Below the pieces are notes generated by a model. That model worked only from the letters and a program-made list of their open reading frames with translations, had not been told where the DNA came from and searched no databases. Shown one piece after another: positions 10,178-20,850 of a stretch of 64,000 nucleotides of DNA. The translations under genes were made by a program, and so were the position numbers. Source of the DNA: Alphaproteobacteria bacterium (GTDB lineage Bacteria; Pseudomonadota; Alphaproteobacteria; UBA2966); contig OZ219856.1 of assembly GCA_964291395.2 (NCBI GenBank), forward strand, positions 2,400,001-2,464,000, given 5' to 3'. Numbering within the stretch: position 1 is the stretch's first letter; the number at the start of each line of letters is the position of its first letter.

Positions 10178-11303
10178 CGTAAACGGCGATAAAGAACCCG
10201 GCGACGACGGCCGTCCCGATCACGCCGGCCACATTGGGACCCATGGCGTGCATGAGCAGGAAGTTGTCGGGATCGGCGCGTTGTCCTTCCACTTGGCTCA
10301 CGCGAGCGGCCATGGGAACGGCGGACACACCCGCCGATCCGATCAATGGATTGATGGGGTTCTTTCGGCTCATCAGATTCATGAGCTTGGCCATGAGCAC
10401 CCCTGCCGCCGTCGAGAAGCCGAATGCCACAATCCCGAGCGCCAGGATCTTCAGGGTCTCGACTTGCAGAAACCGTTCCCCCGTCATGGTGATTCCGACT
10501 GCGGCCCCGAGAAAGATCGTCACGACATTGATGATCTCGTTCTGAGCCGCTTTCGAGAGGCGCTCGACCACACCACATTCGCGTAGGAAATTTCCCAGCA
10601 TCAACATGCCGATCAGCGCCGAGGCCGCGGGGACCAGAAGAACACAGAGCACGGTAACCACCAGGGCGAACGCCAGCTTCTCATGCTTGGAAACGGGGCG
10701 CAGCGACCGCATGCGGATACGCCGCTCGTTTTCGGTAGTCAGCAACCGCATTATGGGCGGCTGAATCAGAGGCACCAGAGCCATATAGCTGTAAGCCGAT
10801 ACGGCGATCGGAGCCAACAGATGCGGCGCGAGCTTGTTGGCAAGAAATATGGATGTCGGGCCGTCGGCGCCCCCGATGATCCCGATCGCAGCGGCTTCCG
10901 GCGCCGCGAAGCCGAGCGTAACGGCGCCGACGAAGGTAGCGAATACCCCGAACTGCGCGGCCGCTCCCAGGATCAGCATACGCGGGTTGGCGATCAGCGG
11001 ACCGAAGTCCGTCAGCGCGCCGACACCCAGGAAGATGAGAGGCGGGAAGAGCTCCAACGTGATGCCGAGACCGATGTAGTGGAACAGACCACCGGCGGTC
11101 TCCGCCGTGGGCAGATTCACGAGCCCCTCAGTCGGCAGATTGGCGAGGAGCGCCCCGAAGCCGATCGGCACCAGGAGAAGCGGCTCGAACCTCTTGTATA
11201 CGGCGAGATAGAGTAGTCCGAGCACCACTCCCCACATCACCAGCATCCGCCAAGTGAGGTGGAAAAATCCCGTCAGCTCAATGAGGTCGGTAAGGTTTTC
11301 CAC
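10170..11303 (-). CDS. Na+-translocating decarboxylase beta subunit (OadB/MmdB family)
   Basis: [60 protein letters not shown]. Confidence 0.95.
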   Translation of the reverse strand: MENLTDLIELTGFFHLTWRMLVMWGVVLGLLYLAVYKRFEPLLLVPIGFGALLANLPTEGLVNLPTAETAGGLFHYIGLGITLELFPPLIFLGVGALTDFGPLIANPRMLILGAAAQFGVFATFVGAVTLGFAAPEAAAIGIIGGADGPTSIFLANKLAPHLLAPIAVSAYSYMALVPLIQPPIMRLLTTENERRIRMRSLRPVSKHEKLAFALVVTVLCVLLVPAASALIGMLMLGNFLRECGVVERLSKAAQNEIINVVTIFLGAAVGITMTGERFLQVETLKILALGIVAFGFSTAAGVLMAKLMNLMSRKNPINPLIGSAGVSAVPMAARVSQVEGQRADPDNFLLMHAMGPNVAGVIGTAVVAGFFIAVYGG

Positions 11304-11309
11304 GTAGCG

Positions 11310-11708
11310 TCAGGACAAGGTCAGCAGGACCTGTCCCTCCTGAACCGACGCGCCGACCTGCGCTTTCACGGACTCGACCTTGCCGTTGCGGGGCGCCGAC
11401 ACGGCCGTGTTCATCTTCATCGCTTCGAGCGTGACCAGCTTTTCGCCCTGCTGGACTTCCTGTCCTTCGGCGACATGAACCTCGACGACGGTTCCGGAAA
11501 GCGGGCTGGCAACATCATTCGTGTCCGCGGAGCTCGTGGGCGCAACGGGTGGCGGCGAGGCGGCGGGTGGCGCGATCCTTCCCGAAGCACCTGCGCTACT
11601 GGCCGACAGCGCAAGAGCAGCTCTGGGCGCCGTGGGGGGAGCCTCCCCCACCTCTTCGACGGCAACATCATATGTCTTGTCATCGACGGTAACCTTGAAA
11701 CGTCTCAT
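11310..11708 (-). CDS. Biotin carboxyl carrier subunit (MmdC-like)
   Basis: EAMKM biotinylation motif, Ala/Pro linker, N-terminal FKVTVDDKTYDV. Confidence 0.92.
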   Translation of the reverse strand: MRRFKVTVDDKTYDVAVEEVGEAPPTAPRAALALSASSAGASGRIAPPAASPPPVAPTSSADTNDVASPLSGTVVEVHVAEGQEVQQGEKLVTLEAMKMNTAVSAPRNGKVESVKAQVGASVQEGQVLLTLS

Positions 11709-12125
11709 CTACCTGTTCTTCCTTCGCTGCCCCTTCGTCGTCACGCGTGGCCAGCGATCCCACGGCATACGATGCGCGCCGAAACTTTCGAACCGCCCCT
11801 CGAGCGACCAGCCGGGCGGCCGGTGACTAGGAGCGGAAATACGCACGATCCGATGTGGCCCGTCCATGACCGCAGTGACCGCCGCCGAGACCGCGACGAC
11901 ATGCTCCGGAGGGATGCTGCCCCGAGGCCTACCAAATGAGATCGGCGTTGCGCCAGCACCACCGCTGGCGCCGCCCCGGGTGAACGGAGCACCGATCAGT
12001 GCGCAGGCTACCCACAGCAAGGCCAGGACACCGAGAACGGTGCTCAAACCCGTTACGATGACCGCAATATGGTCGATCCATTCCACCATGACATTCGACA
12101 GCGACAGTTTCCCTATTTCGCCCAT
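11709..12125 (-). CDS. OadG/MmdD-like membrane anchor subunit
   Basis: Single TM (TGLSTVLGVLALL), VVAVSAAVTA motif, W...GR tail; TGATG coupling to upstream gene. Confidence 0.8.
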   Translation of the reverse strand: MGEIGKLSLSNVMVEWIDHIAVIVTGLSTVLGVLALLWVACALIGAPFTRGGASGGAGATPISFGRPRGSIPPEHVVAVSAAVTAVMDGPHRIVRISAPSHRPPGWSLEGRFESFGAHRMPWDRWPRVTTKGQRRKNR

Positions 12126-13678
12126 CAAAGCGGAATATTGCCGTGTTTCTTGGGAGGCCGGGTCTCGCGCTTGGACAACAGGCTGCGCAGGCCTAGCGCG
12201 ACGGCCGAGCGCGTGTGTGACGGCTCGATGATATCAGTGACGAACCCTTTGCTCGCCGACAGGTACGGCGAGGCAAACTGCTCACGGTATTCCGAGGCCA
12301 GTTCGGCCCGTCGGGTAGCGGGCTCCTTCGCCTCTTGCAGTTCTCTCCGATAGAGGATGTTCACGGCCCCATCGGCACCCATCACAGCGATTTCCGCGCT
12401 CGGCCACGCGAACGCCAGATCAGCGCCCATGTCGCGGCTGCACATGGCAAGGTAGGCGCCGCCATAGGCCTTGCGCATGAATACTGTGATCTTTGGTGAC
12501 GTCGAATTCCCATAGGCGAAAAGCATCTTCGCGCCGTGCCGAATGATGCCACCAAGTTCCTGCGTCACGCCGGGAAGGAACCCGGGAACGTCGACGAGCG
12601 TAACGATGGGGATGTTGAAACAGTCGAGGAAGTTGATGAAGCGTGCCGCCTTGTCCGAGGCATCGATGTCGAGCGTCCCCGCCTTCACCGTCGACTGGTT
12701 GGCTATAATGCCGACCACGATTCCACCGACGCGGGCGAATCCGATGATGACATTTCCCGCAAAATCGGGCTGCACTTCCATGAATGAACCATCGTCCACC
12801 AGCCGGTCGATAACCAGATGCGCATCGATCGGCTCCTTTTCGGACTCCGGAACCAAGGTATTCATTCCGGGATCCTCGCTGAGCGTGAGGTTTTCCGCAG
12901 GTTCGTGCGGCGGATCCATGACATTGTTCGACGGCAGGTACGACAACAACCGCTGGACGATCGCAATGGCGTGGGCATCGTCGTCGGCCACGAAGTGGAT
13001 ATTGCCGCTGATCGTGGCATGTGCCGCAGCACTGCCAATCTCCTCCATGGTCGTAATTTGACCGGTCGCCGCACGGATGACGTCGGGACCGCAGATGAAC
13101 ATGTTCGCGTTGGACTTCGTCATGATGATGAAATCCATCAGTGCTGGCGAGTAGGAGGCGCCGCCTGCGCACGGTCCAGCGATGACCGCGATCTGAGGTA
13201 CCACGCCGGACATCCGGACATTGCGGACAAACACCTGCCCATAGCCCGCTAGCGACTCCACGCCCTCCTGAATTCTGGCGCCACCAGAATCGTTGAAAGC
13301 GACGATAGGCATGCCGTTCGTACCGGCGTAGTCCATAATGTTGCAGATCTTTTGCGCATGGATCTTTCCCAACGATCCGCCGGCAACGGTGAAATCCTGG
13401 CTGAAAGCCGCGACCGCGCGGCCTTCGGTAAATCCGATTCCGGTGACTACGCCGTCACCGGCAAGCTCGCGCTTTTCCATCCCGAAGTGCCGCGTCTCGT
13501 GCCGAACGTGCAGTCCAAATTCCTGGAAAGTATGGTTGTCGAACAAGCCGACAAGCCGCTCCCGGGCAGTCATCTGACCGCGCTCGCGCCGTTCCTCAAG
13601 TTTCTCTACCCCGCCGCCGAGCAAAGCCTTCTCGCGACGACGCACGAGATCAGTCAAGAGTTCGGTCAGTCGTGCCAT
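12125..13678 (-). CDS. Acyl-CoA carboxyltransferase (methylmalonyl-CoA decarboxylase alpha-like)
   Basis: TARERL, QDFTVAGGSLG, DSGGARIQEG, GPCAGG, RKAYGGAY, KKHGNIPL. Confidence 0.92.
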   Translation of the reverse strand: MARLTELLTDLVRRREKALLGGGVEKLEERRERGQMTARERLVGLFDNHTFQEFGLHVRHETRHFGMEKRELAGDGVVTGIGFTEGRAVAAFSQDFTVAGGSLGKIHAQKICNIMDYAGTNGMPIVAFNDSGGARIQEGVESLAGYGQVFVRNVRMSGVVPQIAVIAGPCAGGASYSPALMDFIIMTKSNANMFICGPDVIRAATGQITTMEEIGSAAAHATISGNIHFVADDDAHAIAIVQRLLSYLPSNNVMDPPHEPAENLTLSEDPGMNTLVPESEKEPIDAHLVIDRLVDDGSFMEVQPDFAGNVIIGFARVGGIVVGIIANQSTVKAGTLDIDASDKAARFINFLDCFNIPIVTLVDVPGFLPGVTQELGGIIRHGAKMLFAYGNSTSPKITVFMRKAYGGAYLAMCSRDMGADLAFAWPSAEIAVMGADGAVNILYRRELQEAKEPATRRAELASEYREQFASPYLSASKGFVTDIIEPSHTRSAVALGLRSLLSKRETRPPKKHGNIPL

Positions 13679-13785
13679 ACCCCAAATGTTCGAAAGTGGC
13701 GGAAATCAACGCGCTCCGAGCGTCCGGAATACCATTATAGTGAGGCCACAGCCAGCAGAAAGGCAAAGCGAACGTGACGGGTCCG

Positions 13786-14496
13786 TCACGACAAACGACT
13801 CAATTCGAACAAACGCTCGACCGCATGTAGGTCGAGGCACAGGCGTTCAGCGCGCTGCACCGCCTCAGCGTCGTCGCCCCAGCGCTCGGCCTGCCACGTC
13901 TCGTCGAGGTGGCTCAATTCCCAGGCTGATTGAGCGTCCAAACGACCGTGAGACAGGGCCAACGCCAACACCAGAGAGCCAGTGATTGTGGTCGCCAGGT
14001 GGAGCGCAGCGAGTTCCAGATCATTGTGCGTGGCGACGGCATCACGCAACGCCACCAGGCTGTGACGATCCTGCGCGGCTGGCATGATGTCGGTGGTGAC
14101 GCCCAAGGGGGCTGATAACGTCTCGTCAACCCAGTCGAGCAGGGGTTGCCATTTCTCCGCCTGACGGGCGGAAAGGTCGGCGTTCTCCGATCGGTAACAC
14201 AACAGATCGGTTTCTCCGTAGGCGGATACCCGTGCGATGATTCCATCTCTTTCCGGTGACACCCGATCAATTGCCGTTACCGCGATACGAGTCAGCGGCA
14301 TGCATTGTGGCCGAACCTCGTCTTCCTGATCACGCCATTCTTTCGCGATCGCAAGCCCCAGGGACTCATTCGGAAGCCGCAGGACCGATTTTGCGGGTGA
14401 CCTCAAGGGCCGGCCATCCAGTGTCACCACCGTCATCCCATCCGCTGAGGCCACACTCACTTCCTTGTAGAGACGCTTGCGCGGACGAAGGGTCAT
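13786..14496 (-). CDS. ATP12-family chaperone
   Basis: KRLYKEV, LDGRPLRSP, ETDLLCYR, GSLVLALA, LDETWQAERWG. Confidence 0.9.
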   Translation of the reverse strand: MTLRPRKRLYKEVSVASADGMTVVTLDGRPLRSPAKSVLRLPNESLGLAIAKEWRDQEDEVRPQCMPLTRIAVTAIDRVSPERDGIIARVSAYGETDLLCYRSENADLSARQAEKWQPLLDWVDETLSAPLGVTTDIMPAAQDRHSLVALRDAVATHNDLELAALHLATTITGSLVLALALSHGRLDAQSAWELSHLDETWQAERWGDDAEAVQRAERLCLDLHAVERLFELSRLS

Positions 14497-14567
14497 TAGC
14501 CGAGCACCTTGTCAACGGCGGCACCGATACCCCTAACCACCGGACGCCGATCCGAGGAGCAGCCTCG

Positions 14568-15239
14568 TCATCCATCCAACAGAGTAGTCAGTATGCCCGC
14601 AAGGTCTTGGAAATAGTCGATCACGGCGTGCGCGCGGGCGGCACGCAACTCGTCGACAGGATGATAGCCCCACGATACACCCACCGCGTAGGCTCCGGCC
14701 GCCCGGGCCATCTCCATATCGTACGTCGTATCGCCCACGACGGTCGTGTTCTCCGGTTCTGCGCCCGCTTCCGCCATCGCACGCCGTACCATTGCCGGGT
14801 GAGGTTTTCCGGGGTTCCGATCAGCGGTCTGAAGCGTCACAAACCGACCGTGAATTCCGTGACGCTGGAGGGTTGCTTCAAGGCCCCGTAGTGACTTTCC
14901 GGTGGCCACGCCGGCCAACATTCCATTCTCTTCTATGTGGGCGAGTATCTCTTCGACCCCTGGATATAGTGGCTCCTCGTAATGGGGTGCGCGCCGCATC
15001 TCGAAGAAGGCTGCACGATAACCCTCGATCAAGCTTTCATGGTCACTCCTAGACCCCTTGGGCAAAAGCCGTACCATCGAGTCGTGGAGTGACAATCCCA
15101 CGACGCGGCGAATGGCATCCTGGGACGGACGAGGAAAATCCAGACCGTCGAACGCTCGGTTCATCGCGCCGATGATCGTCCGCTGACTGTCGACCAGAGT
15201 GCCGTCACAATCGAATATGACTAGCCCACGCGGTTTCAT
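14568..15239 (-). CDS. HAD-IA hydrolase (phosphoglycolate phosphatase-like)
   Basis: FDCDGTLVDS, ATGK, KPHP, VGDTTYD. Confidence 0.92.
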   Translation of the reverse strand: MKPRGLVIFDCDGTLVDSQRTIIGAMNRAFDGLDFPRPSQDAIRRVVGLSLHDSMVRLLPKGSRSDHESLIEGYRAAFFEMRRAPHYEEPLYPGVEEILAHIEENGMLAGVATGKSLRGLEATLQRHGIHGRFVTLQTADRNPGKPHPAMVRRAMAEAGAEPENTTVVGDTTYDMEMARAAGAYAVGVSWGYHPVDELRAARAHAVIDYFQDLAGILTTLLDG

Positions 15240-16234
15240 CAAAGGCCTCCAAGATCGCCTGACGCGTCATCGAATCCTTCCCGAAAGCCGAAGAATTCCC
15301 AGGTTTCCAACATGTGGGGCGGCAGTTGTGCCGACACCGAGATTCTGTGTCCATCCGGCATTGGAACATCTATGGACCGGGCGTGGAGATGCAATCTGCG
15401 GGAGAGCCCCGACATATGGGCGGCCGATCCACCGTACTTTCCGTCTCCCAGGATTGGTGTACCAATCACTGCCATGTGGACCCGGAGCTGATGGGTTCGG
15501 CCCGTCTCAGGCGATAGTTCAACCCAGGCTGCCCGGCGGCCGGCCGCCTCGATGACACGGAAACCGGTCCGCGCCCGCTTGCCATCGGCAATTCCTGTCA
15601 TGCGCTCACGTCGTCTCCTACCTTGTTTGGCGAGGGGAAGGTCAACTGCTCCCTCGAAAGGCTTGGGAACGCCGACCACCACGGCCCAATACGTCTTCCG
15701 TGCCTCACGCCGCCGTAGCGCCTCGGCGATCGCAGCGGTTGCCCTGGGTGTCCGGCCCACCAGCAGGACGCCACTCGTATCTTTATCCAATCGATGTGCC
15801 AGCCGCGGCCTCTCGGCCAGCCCGAACCGCAGCGCATCCAACATCGCATCGACATGTTGGCCGACACCGGTTCCTCCCTGCACTGCCAATCCTGCCGGCT
15901 TGTTCAGCGCGATGACGTCAGAGTCTCGATAAATCACATGGGCACGAATCTGCCGAGCTTGGTCTTCCCCGATCAGGGTGCTTTCGTCCAGAGGCTCTGC
16001 GGAATCCTTCTCGCTGCCTGTTCCGCTTTCGGCCACCGGTGGAATGCGGATGATCTGGCCCTCCGCGATCCGGGTCGAAGCCTTTGTACGCCGCCTATCC
16101 AGCCGAATCTGTCCCGTGCGCAACAGTTTCTCCAAGCGGCCGTGAGACAGGGCCGGATAGTGCCGCCGGAACCAACGGTCGAGGCGCGTGCCCGCCTCGC
16201 TGGAGGAGACTCTGCGGAATTCGATGCCGCTCAC
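15239..16234 (-). CDS. rluC: RluA/RluC-family pseudouridine synthase
   Basis: N-terminal S4 domain (RLDRW), NKPAGLAVQGG, HRLDKDTSG, TGRTHQLR. Confidence 0.9.
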   Translation of the reverse strand: MSGIEFRRVSSSEAGTRLDRWFRRHYPALSHGRLEKLLRTGQIRLDRRRTKASTRIAEGQIIRIPPVAESGTGSEKDSAEPLDESTLIGEDQARQIRAHVIYRDSDVIALNKPAGLAVQGGTGVGQHVDAMLDALRFGLAERPRLAHRLDKDTSGVLLVGRTPRATAAIAEALRRREARKTYWAVVVGVPKPFEGAVDLPLAKQGRRRRERMTGIADGKRARTGFRVIEAAGRRAAWVELSPETGRTHQLRVHMAVIGTPILGDGKYGGSAAHMSGLSRRLHLHARSIDVPMPDGHRISVSAQLPPHMLETWEFFGFREGFDDASGDLGGL

Positions 16235-16611
16235 GTGACCAGGGCACGCATCAGGTGCATGCCAGCGAATATGCCGGCAAGTGCCAAGATTACGGAAGCG
16301 ACCACGTATCCGACCGCGGACACGATCTCGCCTCGCTCCACCAGCGTCGCGAAATCCAACGAGAACGCGGAAAACGTCGTGAATCCGCCTAGCAGGCCAA
16401 CGGTCAGAAATGCCCGAAGTTCATTTCCGATGTTCCATTTGATGCCTATCAAGGCGATGAGAATGCCCATCAGGAACGAGCCAACGACGTTGACGGTGAG
16501 CGTGCCATACGGGAATGCAGCGCCCAGCCACTTGAGCGCGTATACGCCGACATAGTGGCGACCCACGGCACCGATGGCGCCGCCTGCTGCAACAGCCAGG
16601 ATAAGTTTCAT
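16231..16611 (-). CDS. crcB: Fluoride efflux channel CrcB/FluC
   Basis: GGAIGAVGR, FPYGTLTVNVVG, GLLGGFTTFS. Confidence 0.95.
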   Translation of the reverse strand: MKLILAVAAGGAIGAVGRHYVGVYALKWLGAAFPYGTLTVNVVGSFLMGILIALIGIKWNIGNELRAFLTVGLLGGFTTFSAFSLDFATLVERGEIVSAVGYVVASVILALAGIFAGMHLMRALVT

Positions 16612-16651
16612 GGAGAGGTCTGTTCGAGCAATGGCTTACGCCGTGACGCGT

Positions 16652-17590
16652 TCATGTGACACCGAATATCCAGCCCTCTTGCCACCAGCGCGCGACAGAC
16701 AACCCCGGGGGATTCCAAACCGTGCCATCGCCCGACAGGCGCCGCAAGGCTGCCGCCGCAATCAGGGCATCCGCCTTGTCGTCCTCGGACCCGTCGTCCA
16801 ATATTCGGTCCCGCAAAGGTGCTGAACCATAGAATTCCAGGACCTGATTGAGCGTTTGCATATCGCGAACCTTGCCCGTTGCGGCCGATGAAATGCGAAC
16901 GAAGGCACCTGGATACATGTCCACGGCAACAATGACCGAACGGGATTCGGGCAGCCGATCGAAGGGCCAGATGCACAAATGAGGAACCTTAAGACGCAGG
17001 TAATGCAAGACGCGCATTCCCGCAAGCGATCCCTTTGCGACCTGCGCTGGCCCCACCAACCGGAATATGCTCTCCGGACGCCCCAAGCCTACACGGCGGC
17101 AGCGCTCGTCCGTAATACGGAGGCGGGGCTCATATCGGACACCGCCTTGAAAGTAGCGGGCGTACCGGCTCCCCTCGACGAACGCTCCGGCGAAAAAGTC
17201 CCCTGTGGCTTCGCACACGTTATCGACGCACAGCCACAAGTCGGCAGCGGTAGAGGGTGCGTCGGGAACATTGGGAAAAAACTCACCCCGATCAAAGCGT
17301 GGAAACGAGAAGGCGAAGTCGAATCCCACCAGAACGCGACCATTTGGCGAGAGAATTTCTACGAACCAGTCCGCGAATGTGCTGCGGGTCCAGTGTTGCC
17401 CGTCCGGGGAAGGCACGAGACGCGGTGCGGACCGTCCAGCCTTCGCCATGGCGACTTGCAAACCCGGCAATCTTGGACCGCGCGCACCCGACCAATCTAC
17501 ACCGACGAACCAATCGAAGGCCGCAGGCGGACCTGCTTCGTCATTCTCCGTCGGAATCGCTTCGCTGATCTCGAAGCTTCTGCCAGTCAT
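16652..17590 (-). CDS. Uncharacterised DUF429-like (predicted RNase H-fold) protein
   Basis: FVGVDWSGA, LVGFDFAFSFP, IWPFD, DKADALIAA, EGWIFGV; 312 aa open frame; start overlaps rarA end by 50 nt. Confidence 0.7.
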   Translation of the reverse strand: MTGRSFEISEAIPTENDEAGPPAAFDWFVGVDWSGARGPRLPGLQVAMAKAGRSAPRLVPSPDGQHWTRSTFADWFVEILSPNGRVLVGFDFAFSFPRFDRGEFFPNVPDAPSTAADLWLCVDNVCEATGDFFAGAFVEGSRYARYFQGGVRYEPRLRITDERCRRVGLGRPESIFRLVGPAQVAKGSLAGMRVLHYLRLKVPHLCIWPFDRLPESRSVIVAVDMYPGAFVRISSAATGKVRDMQTLNQVLEFYGSAPLRDRILDDGSEDDKADALIAAAALRRLSGDGTVWNPPGLSVARWWQEGWIFGVT

Positions 17591-18857
17591 TCAAGCGCTT
17601 GCGGATATCGCGTTCGAACCCGCGTTCACCCGGCTGGTAAAAGGTGTGACGCGGCATGTCATCAGGGAAATAGTTCTGGCCGGAAAAGCCCTCCTCCGTT
17701 TCGTGGTCATAGAGGTATCCTTCTCCATATCCAAGATCCTCCATCAGGCGGGTCGGTGCGTTGAGAATATGCTTTGGCGGCATCAAGGATCCCGTTTCTC
17801 GCGCTTTCCGCGTCGCGGTGCCCAGCGCCCGATATGCCGCATTCGATTTGGAGGCGGTCGCCAGATAGATGACGGCTTGCGCCAGTGCCAATTCCCCCTC
17901 GGGACTGCCGACGAACTCGTACGCCTCCTTGGCCGCTAACGCCTGAAGGAGAGCATGAGGGTCCGCAAGACCCACATCCTCGACCGCGAATCGGACCAGC
18001 CGTCGGGCAATGTATAGCGGTTCCTCGCCTCCAACCAACATGCGGGCGAGCCAGTAGAGCGCGGCATCTGCATCCGAACCCCGAAGGGACTTATGCAGGG
18101 CGCTGATCAGGTTGTAATGCCCTTCCTGCGATTTATCGTAGACTGGTGCCCGCTTTTGGACCGCTGTCACCAATGATTGCGAATCGAGAATGTCATCGCC
18201 AGACAGCGAAAACAGTTCTTCCGCTAGGTTGAGCACGTAACGACCATCTCCGTCGGCCATCGCCCGCAATGTCTGACGAGCATCTTCATCCAGGGGAAGC
18301 GACGTCTCTTCGGCCTCCTCGGCCCGCTGCAGAAGAGTCTCGAGGGCAGAATCATCCAATCTATTCAGGACGAGGACCTGACACCGGGAAAGCAATGCCG
18401 CGTTTAATTCGAACGAAGGATTTTCCGTCGTCGCGCCGATCAGCACCACGGTTCCGTCTTCTACGACGGGCAGAAAGGCGTCCTGCTGTGATCTGTTGAA
18501 CCGATGAATCTCATCGACGAAGAGCAGTGTTCCACGGCCATCCAAACGCCGGCTTTTCGCCGAATCGAATACCTTTCGGAGATCCGCCACGCCGGAGAAC
18601 ACGGCAGACAGCTGAACGAACTCCAATCCGGTGTGTTCGGCCAAGAGTCTTGCGATCGTGGTCTTACCCGATCCGGGCGGTCCCCAGAGAATCAGGGACA
18701 CGATGCGTCCGGCGGACACCATGCGGCCGATTGGACCTTCGGCAGCAAGCAGGTGCCCCTGTCCGACGACTTCTGCCAATGTCTTCGGGCGGAGCTGATC
18801 GGCAAGCGGCCGGGGCGTCCCCTCCGAAAGCCCTGCGGCTTCGAACAACGTGCTCAT
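17541..18857 (-). CDS. rarA: Replication-associated recombination protein A (MgsA)
   Basis: [48 protein letters not shown]. Confidence 0.96.
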   Translation of the reverse strand: MSTLFEAAGLSEGTPRPLADQLRPKTLAEVVGQGHLLAAEGPIGRMVSAGRIVSLILWGPPGSGKTTIARLLAEHTGLEFVQLSAVFSGVADLRKVFDSAKSRRLDGRGTLLFVDEIHRFNRSQQDAFLPVVEDGTVVLIGATTENPSFELNAALLSRCQVLVLNRLDDSALETLLQRAEEAEETSLPLDEDARQTLRAMADGDGRYVLNLAEELFSLSGDDILDSQSLVTAVQKRAPVYDKSQEGHYNLISALHKSLRGSDADAALYWLARMLVGGEEPLYIARRLVRFAVEDVGLADPHALLQALAAKEAYEFVGSPEGELALAQAVIYLATASKSNAAYRALGTATRKARETGSLMPPKHILNAPTRLMEDLGYGEGYLYDHETEEGFSGQNYFPDDMPRHTFYQPGERGFERDIRKRLNDWQKLRDQRSDSDGE

Positions 18858-20275
18858 TGCCTGACCATGACGTTCAATTGGCGATCGCCCCGCTTGATCG
18901 CGATCCTCCAGTTCGAGGCTTCCTCGTTTGTCGCCACGAGAACGTCTTCGACAAGCTCTATTTCTTTCCCGTTAATTCGTACCAGCACATCTCCCGGCTT
19001 CAGCCGCAGATTTCGGGCGGGACTGTTCGTGGCCACCTCCACCACCACCACGCCCCGACGCATGGGATCAAAGCCAAGTTCCTCGGCAAAAGCCGGCGAA
19101 AGATTGCCGATCCGCGCACCGGCCAGTGGACCCCGACCCTCGACCCAAGTCAGATCCCTCTGCGGCATCTCCGGCGGCGGCCCCAGCGCGACCTCAGTCT
19201 TGAGAGTCCTCTCCCCGCGCAGAACGGTCAGTTCCACGTTCGAGTCCAGAGGATGGGTCGCGATCCGGAATTCCAATCCCTCGGGGTCGAGGACCTTATG
19301 CCGCCCGATGGCCTTGATGATATCGCCCACCTTGATGCCGGCTCTATCGGCGGGTCCCTTCGGATATACGGCGTTGACGAGAACCCCACTTGGACGATCA
19401 AGGCCTTGCGCGGACGCGATATCAGCGGTCACCCCTTGCCCTGTAGCGCCAAGCCACGGCCGGACCACTCGGCCTCCGCGGAGAGCGCCTTCCACGACGA
19501 CGCGTACCATGTTGGCGGGAACCGCAAATCCGATACCGATGGAGCCACCGGACTTCGAGAAGATGGCTGTGTTCACACCGGCGAGCCGACCATCGAGACC
19601 GACCATTGCACCCCCCGAATTGCCGGGATTTATTGCAGCGTCAGTCTGGATGAAATAGCGGTAATCAGCTACGCCCACCTGAGTCCGGGCGAGCGCTGAG
19701 ACGATACCACTTGTAACGGTCTGGCCCACGCCAAACGGATTTCCAATCGCGAGAACAATGTCTCCGACCTCAATGTCATCCGAATCCATGAGTTCCAGAT
19801 GCGGCAAGGACGTTCCTTCGGTTTCGATACGCAGAACGGCGAGGTCCGTCCGTTCATCGGTCAGCACGACGTCCGCGTCAAACTCGCGCCGGTCCGCTAA
19901 GGCCACGATGACTTCGTCCGCACCGGAGATGACGTGGTTGTTTGTCACAATGTAACCGTCGGGACGCACGATGACGCCTGAGCCCAACGAGTTCTCGATA
20001 CGCTCACGCCGGGCGCCGGGAGGCAGCACGTCACCGAAGAACCGCCGGAAGAAGGGATCGTTGAACAGTGGCGAACGGAACGTCCGTCGCACAACCTTCC
20101 GAGCATAGATATTGACCACCGCGGGTGCCGTTCGGCGCACAAGTGGCGCATAGCTGAGCTGTAGTTCGGCGTTGCTGGTCGGGACGACCCGTTCCGCCGC
20201 TCGGACCCCGGAAACTCCAAACGCGAAGATCATCACCCACGCGAGGGACAGCACCCACTCTCTTCTGAGTACCAT
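18854..20275 (-). CDS. DegQ/HtrA periplasmic serine protease
   Basis: TNNHV, TDLAVL, INPGNSGG catalytic triad; two PDZ domains; signal peptide; start approximate. Confidence 0.93.
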   Translation of the reverse strand: MVLRREWVLSLAWVMIFAFGVSGVRAAERVVPTSNAELQLSYAPLVRRTAPAVVNIYARKVVRRTFRSPLFNDPFFRRFFGDVLPPGARRERIENSLGSGVIVRPDGYIVTNNHVISGADEVIVALADRREFDADVVLTDERTDLAVLRIETEGTSLPHLELMDSDDIEVGDIVLAIGNPFGVGQTVTSGIVSALARTQVGVADYRYFIQTDAAINPGNSGGAMVGLDGRLAGVNTAIFSKSGGSIGIGFAVPANMVRVVVEGALRGGRVVRPWLGATGQGVTADIASAQGLDRPSGVLVNAVYPKGPADRAGIKVGDIIKAIGRHKVLDPEGLEFRIATHPLDSNVELTVLRGERTLKTEVALGPPPEMPQRDLTWVEGRGPLAGARIGNLSPAFAEELGFDPMRRGVVVVEVATNSPARNLRLKPGDVLVRINGKEIELVEDVLVATNEEASNWRIAIKRGDRQLNVMVRQ

Positions 20276-20385
20276 GGAGCCCTTTCGTGTCGACCCAACC
20301 ATTCGGATACTCGGCAGCCCAAAATCCAAAAGGGGCAGCCCAACGCCACCCCCTTTCGATTCTGCTCTCGATCCAATCACCGGGT

Positions 20386-20817
20386 TCAGGCGGCGACCTC
20401 CGCCTGCTCTTCATTGTCATCGCCGGGGACCGGCCCCGAGTCCAAGCCCTTCGCGCCTTCGTCACGGTCGACCAACTCGATGAAGGCCATTTCTGCCGCG
20501 TCGCCATAACGGTACCCCTTGCGCAGCACCCGGGTGTAGCCTCCGGCCCGGTCGGCATACCGTTCCGCCAAGGTCGTGAACAATTTCTGGACCAGCGTAG
20601 TATCCGGAATGGAAGCCAATGCTTGGCGACGGGCATGAAGGTCTCCGCGCTTCCCCAACGTGATCAATCGATCAACGACGCGCCGAAGTTCCTTTGCCTT
20701 GGGTAATGTCGTTTCGATCTGCTCGTGCTTGATCAGGGACGCGGCCATGTTGCGGAACATTGCGGTGCGATGGGCACTCGCCCGATTGAGCCGGCGTCCT
20801 TGGTTGCGGTGACGCAT
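20386..20817 (-). CDS. rplQ: 50S ribosomal protein L17
   Basis: MRHR...[23 protein letters not shown]. Confidence 0.97.
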   Translation of the reverse strand: MRHRNQGRRLNRASAHRTAMFRNMAASLIKHEQIETTLPKAKELRRVVDRLITLGKRGDLHARRQALASIPDTTLVQKLFTTLAERYADRAGGYTRVLRKGYRYGDAAEMAFIELVDRDEGAKGLDSGPVPGDDNEEQAEVAA

Positions 20818-20850
20818 TCGCATTCGCTCCCCTGTACGGCCCTTCCCTTC

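Noticed and set aside
12125-13678. Annotation as ordinary propionyl-CoA carboxylase beta subunit (pccB)
   Set aside because: It is coupled to OadG-like, biotin-carrier and OadB-like genes with no biotin carboxylase, which fits a decarboxylase pump better.
13734-13766. Perfect TATAAT (minus strand) upstream of the decarboxylase operon
   Set aside because: The nearest TTG-type -35 is 21 nt away, so it was not called as a promoter, although activator-dependent use is possible.
16612-16651. Possible fluoride riboswitch upstream of crcB
   Set aside because: The spacer is only about 40 nt and lacks the GGCGATGG-type core.
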